Of a DNA stretch of 64,000 bases, positions 51,833 through 64,000 are shown in pieces; the stretch's first letter is position 1; each line of letters opens with the position of its first letter. This stretch comes from the human T2T-CHM13v2.0 reference genome, Homo sapiens, in the NCBI RefSeq assembly GCF_009914755.1, contig NC_060928.1. One strand, given 5' to 3'. The notes under the pieces are model-generated. The model was not told the origin of the DNA and did not search any database. It saw only the letters and a program-made list of their open reading frames with translations. The translations under genes were made by a program, and so were the position numbers.

Positions 51833-52892
51833 GGTTAAAAAAATGATTAAAGGAGATTTGATGCTTATGCCTTATTAAGTGGTGATCTTGATACTTGATA
51901 ATCTCTCAATATGAGGTAAGTGGTGTACAACTGAGGTAGTTTTAATAATCACCTGTCTCTCAAACATCGCTAGTGGTAGCATGAAGAAATAAGTTAAAAA
52001 TTAAACAGGGCAAATCAAGATAATATAATGGATTTGGTTAATAAAGGTTTATATGTTCATATTTGCGTTATAATTTTTTTTGTAATAGGTTGGAAGCAGG
52101 GACCATCATTTTCTGTAATTCTCCCTAGGAAATGCATTGTGCACCCGGGACAATTCATTTTCCTGACTTTTTGAGGAGAACAGAATGTGTGGAACCTGAA
52201 TACCCTGAAGGCAAAGGAATCTGGAGTCTGTTTCTAAGAGGAGAGCTTCTCTCTGACTTGGTGTGGGTTTTCTTTCCCTCTGTTGAAGGGGAATGAATTC
52301 CACACCTAATGAATAGTTTCAAGGAAAGTTGTTAATCAGGTACTCCAAGTGACCACCCTGGATTCTTCTTTTATTACACAGGAACGTGAGGGAATGAGAA
52401 AGCAGCATAGTTACATTTGATAAAAGGAAATACTCTTTCTCCTCTCCCCTCCCACCACACCATCCCTTGGAATTTAGTTGATGTGGGAAATTACTGCAGC
52501 AAATAATGTGTTTGAAAAAGCAAAGTTGTATGAATGAGAATAACGCTTGTAGCTACAATAATTATGTTAAAAATTCACAAGGTATATCCATCATCATATT
52601 TCAGAGCAAGAGTTTTCGTCTAACGAGGTTGGAAAAGAATTTTTCCTTAGTTCTTGTCAATCTCCCAGGGAAGCATGGCATGCAGGAATAACTGTTGTTA
52701 CCAACATTATATTTTGTGCTTTTCTGATTCATCAGAACCTTTCTGTTGCCGTAAAATGGGAAACTTCATCAAAATCAGATGAAGAACTTCAAGTAAATGT
52801 GACAGAGGGGTAATAATGAACTATAAATATAATTGATTTTTATTCAGATGGACAAATGTTATTCTTTAATCCTTTCCCATTTAGAAGCCATA

Positions 52893-52944
52893 CTCTAATT
52901 TAAAAAGAGAAAAGTGGTCTCTAATTTAAAAAGAGAAAAGTGGT
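52893..52944. repeat. Perfect 26-bp tandem duplication
   Basis: ctctaatttaaaaagagaaaagtggt x2. Confidence 0.95.
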
Positions 52945-53806
52945 TTAAAACAACAACATTACAGTCCAGATATTTCTCTGTCTTCTAAATTAAGCCACCT
53001 GGGTTGAAGAACACTATTCAAGTGTGGGTAAACATGTTTTGATAAAAAGTTTTGTTATTTCCAAATAACTATTATACCCCCAATCATAAGTGTGATATCT
53101 ATTACCAGATACTCATTTGGGTTGTTTTTTAAAAATAATATGATTCAGTTTTAGGTTTTTAAAAGTATAGTTCTTATCTTCAATTCTCAAGAATATGTAA
53201 TACCTTTTATTTATTACTATACTAATTTTATATTATATTTCAAAGAAGTGATACCTCCAGTGTGCACTCCAGTGGTTCAAGAGAAAAGTGTTCTGTGGTC
53301 AAATGTGTTGGGAAATAATGAAAGTCATATCACCTGTGGTGGCTACAGTGTACACTTGTGTGTTAATCTTAAAGGCATACTACAATAAATAAATCTGTTT
53401 AACCTTTTAAAATTTGTTTTTCAAAGTTATTTAACTATAGAGGCCTCTCTTCTTTCTTAACTATTCCTGTTTGTTCTTGTTAATCCAGAGAGCAAAACCA
53501 GTTTTTAGCTTTTCCAATGAATAGTTACTTTTTATTACTTCTGATTGAGATTTTATTAAAGACCATTTAGGACATATAGGGTTGACATATATTATTTTTT
53601 TTGTGCCAACGTTGTCACGTGTAAGACTTTTAATAGTGCATTGGCTTATAAATCTGTTCTTTTCAATCCATCTTTGAAGGTGAACTCGGCATTCTGTTGT
53701 AGCCTTGAGAAATAGAAGAACTTAGAATATTTTCTAACAATTTCATTAACTTAGCACCACTATTTGCTTTAGGTATTTGTTTATATGTGTGTGTTGCCTG
53801 TGTGCC

Positions 53807-53816
53807 TGTGTGCGCG

Positions 53817-53852
<36 letters not shown>
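53807..53852. repeat. (TG)3(CG)6(CA)14 compound microsatellite
   Basis: Read directly. Confidence 0.95.
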
Positions 53853-53854
<2 letters not shown>

Positions 53855-56258
53855 GTCATTCAACTACTATTTTAAGGACTTTAACATTTTATAGCTTAAC
53901 TGTCTCTCTCTTCCCTGCCTCAGCCAATTGAAGCACCAGAAGTCCTTTGTGGAACACCTGCTGTGCACAGCATTCTTTAGCAACACAATGAGGGGTGCAT
54001 CATCTAAGCTGGTGTGAACTTGCAGGAGTCTTTCTCACTCTATAGAGAGGGTGTTGGAGCCAAAAGCTTTTATTTTATGTACAATTTGGAGATGATTGGT
54101 GGACTTTGAAGTCATTGCAAAACTAATTTGTTCAGTATTTTTGCCAAGACCAATCTTTCCAGTATTAGAAGACAAAATAACTTAGATATGAGGGTTTAGA
54201 CACAGGAAAAAAAACAAATGGAAGAAATGATTATAAATCTCCAAAGGCAACTTTTAAAAATACACCTGAATGATGCTTCTCACCAGGACACTTAATATTA
54301 ATCATTACTGAAAATTACCATCTCATCTCTTAGTTCCCCCAGTAAGTTGCTTTGGGGTCACCAATTTTTATTTATTGTTAATATTGAGAGAAAAGACACA
54401 AATGAAAACAGAATCATAAAATTAGAGTATGACTCAGTCAAAACTATTTCAAAGCTTGATATTAAATAAACAATATAAATAATTTACTTCAAATTATACC
54501 CAATATTTGCACACACATTTAATCTTCAGCTTTTACTGTGCCTAAAGATCTATTCTTAATCAGTTTTGGCTCCCTCTTCTTAAAGAAGCAGAATACCCAA
54601 ACCCTCCCATTCCCCTTCCCTGATCTATTCTTCTCCTTTGGTTTCCATACCATGTATATATCGCAGTGTGTATTTTGCTTATGTTGTCTTTCAATTCCAA
54701 TTAATGTGGAAGCGTTGTGAACATAGACAGTAACAGTAGATGTACAAGAAATACAGGTTGAGTGAGTGAATGAGGGCCTTCCAACAACCTGCCAGAATTG
54801 GAATCCTAGCTCCAGTGTTTACTAGGTGGGCAACTTGCTGCCATTCAGAGAATGCCACCACCCTGCCTGGAGAGTGGGGCCCCTTTCCTTGTGTTGCTGT
54901 GCAGTACCAAATGATGGACACCTTCCCATATGCAGATGTTTTCACTTACTTTTTAACATAATGAATCCACAAACCTCTAGCCTGGGGACTTAAAAATGTG
55001 CTGCTTTAGTTAACTCTAGTGTATTATAGAAACTGCTAATTCTTATATTGTCATTATTAGCTTACTAACCAAATCCCTTCCATAGGTTATACATTCTGTG
55101 AGGGTTTGGACATACATATGCCTCTCCCTTCACCACAGAGCAGTATTCACATGCACTGAGTGCTCAGATATTCATAGGTTGAAGGAAAAGGGTAGGGAGA
55201 ACAAAGGAACCATGGAATCATCCTTCATGGTAAATAAGCGAAAGACAGCATGTGAAGCATCATCTTTTTAATATCTTTGCGTATGTTCTTTCTTGATAGT
55301 GTTTAAGTTTAAAAAGAATAGCCATCAGTACACTTGTTCAGTCAATATATCTAAGCACTTATGCATAGGTGACTTTTTGTACCAATGCTTTGACTGTAAT
55401 ATATTAATTCTGTTTACAAAATCCTGAAGAAAGGGCTGTCCTACAACACTTTTTATATTATTTGTCAGTTCTCTCCCAATGTTTTTACCCATTTATGTGT
55501 GTGAGAGATTTTGTTTTGCTTAATTTGCAAATAAAACAATATTACTACAAAATTACTACAAAGTTGAAATTGCTAATGTAGTAGGAAACAAATGAGGCAG
55601 ATGGTTTAGTCTCATCATTTTGTGTCTTTACATAGGTTTCTAAGGGATAGCTTACATCATTTAGTGTGCTTCCACCATTCTTTGCCATTCTAGGGCATGT
55701 ACTTCTGACATTTTTATTAGGCTTTTGTGTTTGGTCACTGTATTACATCCAGCAATTTATTCCTTTCCACTTAAATTGTCTTCCCTGTACAAGGGGTGGA
55801 GAAGAATTCAGTGTCTGCACATAAAAGGCCATTATCTTATCTTAGCAACTCCAGCCATACACTCCTCTGTGAATCATGACAGCTCAGCTGGGAAATGCAG
55901 AACTGTATCATAAGAGGGCGAGATCATGGGAGTGAGACAATGATGAGGCCTATGACATTGGAAGGTGGTGAGTTCATCATCTGCAACAAAGATTAACAAC
56001 CCTTTGCTGAGCCTGACCTGATAGGCCATTTAGTGGAAAGACCAAAGCTTGCATCCAGGAAGTGTGCTCTGCCTATGATCTTGATTTACCTGTAGCTTGT
56101 AAAGACTACTCAGGTGATCTCATTGTTATTTTTCTTGCCCCAAATCAGAACACCTCCTTTATCAGAAAACTGAAATAAGCACACTGACACTGATACTTCA
56201 TATGTATTGCAGCAGGCAGGCTGTAGGGCAAATACATAGAAACTTTTGCACTTTACTC

Positions 56259-56561
56259 TTTTATTTTTATTTTTATTTTTTCTGAGACGATGTCTTGCTC
56301 TGTTATGCAGGGAGTGCAGTGGTGTGATCTCAGCTCACTGCAACCTATGCCTCCTGATTCAAGTGATCCTCCCTCCTAAACCTCCCAAGTAATTGGAACT
56401 ACAGGCACACATCACCACGCCCAGCTAATTTTTGTATTTCTTGTAAAGATGGTGTTTCACCATGTTGCCCAGGCAGGTCTCAAACTCCTGGGCTCAAGCA
56501 ATCTACCTGCTTCAGCCTCCCAAAGTGCTGGGATTACAAGCATGAGCCACCATGCCCAACC
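56259..56561 (-). mobile_element. AluJ-like, full length
   Basis: (ttttta)n tail + antisense body with ctcctgggctcaagcaatc. Confidence 0.92.
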
Positions 56562-57178
56562 TGCGTTACTCCTAATACAGTCTTCATTCTACAAAGAGAA
56601 CTATTTTCTGACTGGAGGAAGTGGTGATGCTGAGGATGGAGTCAGTTGTGTAGCTCTCATAAAATGAGAACATGATCCAGAGGCTCTTCCAAGTGCCTTA
56701 TTTATATTAATAGTGCTTCATTCGTTTTTCAATAATATGGAGGAGGACCAAATTACGGATGAGAAAACTGACACCCAAAGAGATGATGTAATGCCCACAT
56801 GGCAGGCTAGCATTTGAATACAGTGCAGTGTTCTTTACCATGTATATTAACTGTTCTGGGGATAAGAGGGTCTTTTAATTAAATAAAAACACTATACAAT
56901 GTGTAATCCTCATGGTAATCTCTTTTAAATCCTCACCTCACTTTATGCATCGTTAATTGTGCATAGGTGCTTACAGGGAGCTTGTTATCCTCTCTCCCCC
57001 ACCCTCATCCCATCATTTTCCAAACTTGAAGTTTAATGTCACTCTTGGCTCCTTTTCCCTTCCTTAGCTCCACTTTCAACTTCTGTCAGTTCTACCTCCA
57101 CAGTTGGTTCATCCGTCTTCTCCTTTCCCTCTCAGTAATTTGCTTCCTAACTGTACTTCCTGCTCCTGTATTTCTTTA

Positions 57179-57713
<535 letters not shown>

Positions 57714-58911
57714 CTAGGGCTAGTAAATAATAAAACCATTATTTTCCTGTAAACTTACCCAGCTGCTGTTGTCTAAACTCCTACACTGGCCTTCAAGTTG
57801 TCTAAGTGGTCTCAAGCTATTGTTCTTATTTCCTGGTGTTTTCTCACTGTACCATGGACTTCAGGAGTGACTCAAGGAAGCTAGCTACTCTTGAGCCTAT
57901 GGACATGCCTCTGATATTTCTTCTGCCTTCTTCACCAGTAAACGTGTATTCACTGCCCAAGAACTAGATCCCGCTTTCTCTGCTCTACTGACCTACCTGA
58001 TTGAACCCAAGAAGCTGTGACCCCATTTATGAAATCAATGCCACAGGCAAGCAATGCGCCCCATTAGGAAGCCTCTCACAGTGGAGAGTCTAGCAGAGAA
58101 TATCTCTCTTCCCTGGAGTGTTTCTTCCTGCTCCTTCACTGCCTGACAACACCTCCCATCCCCTTTTTTGTTAACAGGATGTCTTATACATCTCAAAGGA
58201 ATGTTCTAACAGGGTTCATATTTATTTATCTCATTATCACCTTAGGTCTTGGTCCTTAGTTGGAACTTTTTTGTTGATGGAAAGACTGTACCTGATAAAC
58301 TCAAATGTGTTTTTCTCCTGTGAGGCTTGTTTGGAGGGTTTAATCTGAGCCTATTCACTCTTCAGTTGTGCCTAGAAGCATCTCTCCATTGTCTCCATAG
58401 TTTTATGTAAAAATGATCATATAGTGAGTATATCCCTATCTCTCTCCTTCTAGAATTCAAGCTGCTGGTGGCAAATTCTAAGTATTTTTCATCTTTATGC
58501 TTCCCACAGCACTTAATATAGGGCTAATAAGCACATAGGAGAGGCTGGATAAATACTTGCTAAATAAATTCAATAAGGTCTTTTCTTAAAAACAATTTTC
58601 TTTAAAAAAAAAGCTATGTATTGATGTTTAAGTTTTATAAAGACTTCTCATTCTTTTCCTCCAAGTCAAATTTCTTTTATTGAAACAGAAAACTTGCTTT
58701 TGAAATGAAACAAAATTTCAGTAACATGGTATCTGATTTTTAAACAGCCTATATAGTTGCACATAACAGAGTGTGTTTATGTGTGCAAATTAGTAAGTCG
58801 ATAGAATTTCCAGGTAAACAATCATGGCTGTTATTGTATGCCATCACGTTTATTATGGAAACATATTATTGTAATTTATCTGGGAATTTAAAAAAACGGC
58901 GTGTGAGTCAG

Positions 58912-59110
58912 CACGCTGTGGTACAGAGCCAAGTTTTTGTGGGCAAACAGGGTGGGATTCCGATCTTGGCTTCAGCAGTGTGGTGTGTAGGCCTGGGTTC
59001 CTCACCTGTGGATGGACGCTCCTTACCTCATTGGCTTGTTGTGAAGATTGAATGAGTCTGTGAGGTCAGTGAAGCACTTACACTTAGTAAATTCTCAATA
59101 AATATTCACT
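58912..59110 (+). mobile_element. MIR
   Basis: ttcctcacctgtggatgg...ttgtgaagattgaatgag...gaagcactta...ctcaataaatatt. Confidence 0.65.
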
Positions 59111-60349
59111 GTGATGTTTTTTATTAGAAACACTGACACATTACTGAGTGCATGTGCTCTGCACGTGTGCATGACAATGAGGAAATTTCCCTTTAATTCC
59201 TGAAGTGCTGGGTGATGATCTATACCCAGGATAATTTTTCTAGTAAATCAGCTTATTGGGGATGCCTATGGATAAAGCCCTTCACTTTTAAGGTATTCCC
59301 TTTAATTTAACAATAAGACATAAAACATTGAAGTATACAAAATGAACGGCTATGGTTAATGGATTACCTGCAAATAAATGACACCTGTCCAAATCTGGCT
59401 TCAATAATAAGGGAATTCATCACTTTACAAAAACAAGAAGTTCAGAGGTAGGTCAAGCCATAGCTTTTAGTTACTTTCTCCCTCTTCATTTCTCCAGCCT
59501 CACTGTCAGTGTCCAAAGGCTTTGCTCCTGGTGTCAAAACAGCCATCAGTGTGCCTTGTGCTTCCTGGTTCATAGTCAGTGAGAGAGAGAAGGGAAGAAG
59601 GGAGGGCAAAAGAGAGCATAGGAGATATCTCCCCTCAAGATGGACTTCAAGTCTCTGTTTTCAATTGAATTGAACCAACTTAGGTGAAGTTGCCAAAGAA
59701 AGGGCATGTGTTGATTGATTTAAACTAGTTGAGATACGTCTCTAGACTTTTGCATGGTTGTGTAAGTGAATCAGGTCAGGACTCTAATAGGACAGAGAAA
59801 GGTGGGGCAGGGGGTGCTGATGCATGTGGGGAAGTAACCAACAATGTCCGTACTCTCCAATTAAGAACTTAAATTTTAATATTTCATCTGATTTTTGCCA
59901 CAGGAATTTGAATCAGTTTTCTGTTACAGCATTTTTAATTTTTGTGAATAAAATGGAACCTCTTAGAATTTGGTTTCTTTGTGACTCATTTCCTCATAGA
60001 GGGATAATAAAACCCACATTTCCAGTTTTGAGATGACTATTAAAAAAAATCTGTGTATGACCCAGTGCCAGCAAGCCCAGCTTGCTTTTTGAGTAGTTAC
60101 TATTGTTGTTGCCATTGCTATTTTCTTGGTCAGGATGTCTTTATTTTATTTTGTCTCATCTAGACTCCAGTTTTCTATTTCCAAATTTTTACATTATGAA
60201 TCCACATGGGTGCCTTATCACCTCATCCAAGAAAAAAACCCATGAAGGTGTGTTTTCTTTTTAACATTTTATAAATTATATGCTCATACAATCTCATAGA
60301 GTTCTCACAGAAACCCTATGGTGCAGATGCTATTTGTGCAATTTTAGAG

Positions 60350-61440
60350 ATCTCTTTATCTGCCTCCTTTAAACTATGAGCTTCATGAGGACAGAGACTT
60401 TGTTTTGTTCACTGTTGTATCCTTAGTATTCAAAATAGTATATCACACAAGGTAGACTGGCAGATGCTCAATCAGTGTTTTCTGAAGAAAGGGAGAGAGG
60501 GGAGGAGGGAGGAGCCCTGTGTGACCTACAGAGGTTGGAGGGCTTTCCCAGTTTGTGACATTCTAGTTAAGATATAAACCCTCATTCGTAGTGGGCCTCT
60601 GAGGCCTGTATACCCTGCCTCTCTACAGCTTCATCTTGCTTTCTTCACTCTGCTGTCTCTGTCTGTGCTCCAGCTGCACAGGCATATGCAGTTCCTACGA
60701 TATGCCTCCCTCTACACCGCCACAGGGTCTTTGCACATGCAGATTCTTTAGCCTGTGGAACTGCTTGCTCTACCTGCTCATCTCCCAGTTGCCTCCCTAC
60801 ACCTGGCCATTCTCCCATATCCCTGCTTTACTCTGTTGAGAACCTTCATATTCCAGCTTGAACACAGTTTTCTGGGAAGCCTTACCTAATCCCCCAGGTT
60901 AAACCATGTTCCCTTTATAAATCCCCACAGCATCAGGATTCTTTCCTCAACTGTTTTTAAATACAGTCAGCCCTTCGTGTCTGTGGGTTCCCCATCTGTG
61001 GATTCAACCAACAGCAGATCAAAAATATTTGAAAAAATGAAAAAGAAATGAAAAATAACCATTAAAAAATACAAACCAAAAACTATACAGTATAACAACA
61101 ATTTGCATAGCATTTACATTACATTAGTTACTGTAAGTAGTTTAGAGATAATTTAAAGTCTATGAGAGGATGTGTTAGGTTCTATTCAAATACTAGGCCA
61201 TGTAAGGGACTTTTGCATTCTTAGAGTTTGGAATCCCTATTAGCCTAGAGCACGGGGTCCTGGAACCAGTGTCCCATGGATACCAAGGGACGACTATATG
61301 TGTGTATTTGTGTGATTACTTATGAATACTCTTTCTTCACTAGAGCTTGAAAACAGGGGTGGGTTTTCACTCATCATTGTTTTGCCAGTGTCTGGCATAT
61401 GGTGGTTGCTTGGTAAATATGCGTTGAATAAATGCTAAAA
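60350..61440 (+). mobile_element. L2 fragments (two 3' ends), interrupted by MER2
   Basis: ctatgagcttcatgaggacagagactttgttttgttcactgttgtatcc; cacagggtctttgcacatgc; gggaagccttaccta; gtgtctggcatatgg...tgaataaatg. Confidence 0.7.
60964..61296. mobile_element. MER2 (TcMar-Tigger MITE)
   Basis: TA TSDs flank TIRs cagtcagcccttcgtgtctgtggg ... cccatggataccaagggacgacta; ~333 bp. Confidence 0.88.
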
Positions 61441-62162
61441 AATACTGTTTTGTCAGCCTGTTTTCATGGTTTTTTTTTTTTTTTCTGATTACACTCATGA
61501 TTTACAGAAGAAAGGTTAGCATTTGTATTAATATCTTATTTTTTTCTGTATCATTTTTCGTAATAACCTATATATCAGAAAATCATAAAGTCTGCAGGGA
61601 CAGCTTCTGTGTCCCTAGCTTAAATTATTATGCCCATTTCCTTCTTTTAGGGCTAAGCTTAAAATTTATCTTCACTGGCCTTTACTCAGTCAAGGCTGGA
61701 TTGGGTGTCCCTCCCAATCCAGGGGTGGCCCAGCATCCTGTTAATGTGGTCAGCACCCAACTATTTTTTTTTCATCTGGCTCTCCACTGAACTTAAAAGT
61801 AGAGACTGAATTTAGTTCGATATGTTTGCCCATTGCCCAGCACAATGCCTGGCATATTAGACACCAGAGATACTTTTCCAAATGAATGAATTAATAAATG
61901 CATGTCTTGCACTTGTGTGATGTTCCTCAGATATCTAAGTCGTTCCTGGAAAAGCATTCAGTAAATAGTTGTAATTCAGTGCGTTCAGTGTGGTATGCAC
62001 ATTCTTCAAGGATTGTCCAAGTTAATCTACTTTTTAGTGATCTTATCACTGGATTGCAGATTGCACACTACATACGAGTATTTGGCTGAGGAGGAGGAGA
62101 ATGGGGCCTGAAATCCAGCATGCACTCTGACCATTATGGTATGTCTGCTCCTAAGAAACCTC

Positions 62163-62165
62163 ATA

Positions 62166-62205
<40 letters not shown>

Positions 62206-62211
62206 TTTTTT
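62163..62211. repeat. (AT)13 followed by a ~24 nt T run
   Basis: Read directly. Confidence 0.93.
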
Positions 62212-62589
62212 ACAGCAATGCTATGTGTAATTGCATGGTCCTAAATGTAGGAACAAAAATGTTAAAAATTTTCTGTTTAAGTTCTATTCACATTTTCTCT
62301 CAACTTTGAAATGTCTCTATTTTAAAAAATGTATCGTATATTGGTACAATAATACTAATCTATACAAATAGAAGTAATTTATAAATGGTGAAGGCGTATG
62401 TTCAAAAAATTTTGCTGATGCAGTAATATGTAATCAAAACAATTATAGAGAACTTTGATTTAATCTCTAAGCCGAGTGCCATGGTAGTTTCCAAAAATAA
62501 TTTGCAGCTTTCTTTTGATCTCATTTTGAGATGGCTGAAGAAGGGACTAAATGATCTTAGGGTAGAAACATCCTAGAGCTCCTGCACAC

Positions 62590-62592
<3 letters not shown>

Positions 62593-62624
<32 letters not shown>
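62593..62624. repeat. (TG)16 microsatellite
   Basis: Read directly. Similar imperfect TG tracts lie at ~9278-9325 and ~13243-13270. Confidence 0.95.
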
Positions 62625-62625
<1 letters not shown>

Positions 62626-63086
62626 ATGTGTGTGCATCCTGTGTGTATCAGGTGTTCCTGCGTATGTGCTGAAGAGGAGAATGGATAGACTATGGCTGGA
62701 CTATGGCTGAGATTTGTCTTCAGGTTTGGTGCAAATCCATCCCAATGCAGTCCATTTTAGGGAAAGCAGATACACTAATTTCAAGATTTGTTAGCCAATT
62801 CTCCTTTCAGATGAGTAGTTTATGATGAATTCTCTTTTCCCCATTCATTGGCTTTCTCTAAATTGTAGATCTAAAACAACCTCTTCATGTCTGCTCTGCC
62901 TCTGGGATAGAAATAATGAATTGTAGGTTTCTAATAAAAGAGACACGTTTTGTGTCTGAACATCTTGATTAGAATCGTTGCAGCCATTTACTCAACGTGT
63001 GACTATTTAGGAAAAATAATCATTCTGAGCTTCAGTATTTTCTTTTGTAAAATGAAAGTAATATTAATTAATTCATAGATTTGTTA

Positions 63087-63226
63087 CAGCTACTTGGGAG
63101 GCTGAGGTGAGAGGATCGCTTGAGGACAGGAGTTTGAGAGTAGCTTTCTGGGTGATATAGTGAGACCTGTCTCAAAAGAAGAAGAAGGAGAAGGAGCACT
63201 GAGACGGAGAAGGAGAAGAAGGAGAA
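63087..63226 (+). mobile_element. Alu monomer fragment (FLAM/FRAM-like) with a GAA/GGA-rich tail
   Basis: cagctacttgggaggctgaggtgagaggatcgcttgag...caggagtttgag...gtgagacctgtctcaaaa, followed by purine repeats. Confidence 0.8.
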
Positions 63227-64000
63227 ACACTCTGACATAGTACTAGGTAGACAGTGTTTATGGAAATTTTTTAGTTTTGAGCTTTAGAAGTCTTTTTTAT
63301 TAGCAATGATAAAATCACAGCTGTTTATGTGCTGTCTGATGTGATGGTTACTTTAAAACACATGTATTATTTCTCTATATCAAACTCGTTAAAATAAGAT
63401 TATTTGGTTAGGGATTAGCTAATGTATTTGTCTGTTTTTTGAAGAGTGACAGCTTCCTAGCTTTTTCTTTTTTCTTTATTTTTTGGTCTACTTGAAGCTG
63501 CCGTATTTATTATATGATTGAGTAATGATACAGTGATAATGTATTATATGACTGAGTATTGATACAATGATAATGACTCCATCCCATGGTCTGAGTAATT
63601 TTGCAACATGTGGGTCCCACAGGACCGTAGAGCAAAAATCCTTTCTGAATGGGGTATCTGCGAAGGCAATAGAGACTTCACTTTAAGTGGATTTCTGTAG
63701 TTTCCAAAGGGATGAGAGGGAGAAAAAAAAGTCTGTATAGAAAGAGGGGGGAAAAAGTCTGTATGGAAAGGATGACTTAGTTGACATGGTTAAAAGGTGT
63801 GCTCATTGACTGGGAAAAAGTTCATAAGTTTGCAGTATTAGGTTAAGGAAGGAAAGTCCATTCAAGCTGTTTTAAAGACTCTGAGATGCCAGACTAAGAA
63901 CTTCATTCAGACTTTATTTGATAGGCAGGGGTGATGTGATTAAGATCATGCCCTGGGAAGATTATGACTATGAATTGAAAGAAACAGACTGGAAGCCTAG

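Overview
Primate, almost certainly human, genomic DNA covering the 5' end of SLIT2 on the + strand. The first ~22 kb is AT-rich, repeat-laden upstream sequence. A CpG island (~22.2-26.0 kb) holds three GC boxes and a TATA box at 22567. If transcription starts ~30 nt after the TATA, exon 1 carries a ~1.9 kb 5' leader. Coding exons 1-4 are 24508-24686, 27366-27437, 28562-28633 and 39505-39576; they encode the signal peptide, LRRNT cap and first leucine-rich repeats. The rest is the start of the long intron 4, and exon 5 was not seen. I see no new gene or prokaryote-type system. Most worth checking: (i) the leader, with a GGC repeat, overlapping near-cognate starts and only three uAUGs; (ii) a perfect 32-bp inverted repeat in intron 4; (iii) a fragmented hAT transposase fossil missing from the ORF track; (iv) a candidate Alu poison exon within an inverted Alu pair; (v) a local duplication spanning a MIR/L1 junction; (vi) candidate CTCF, RFX and ARE sites. 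Repeat subfamily calls were made by eye and their boundaries are approximate.
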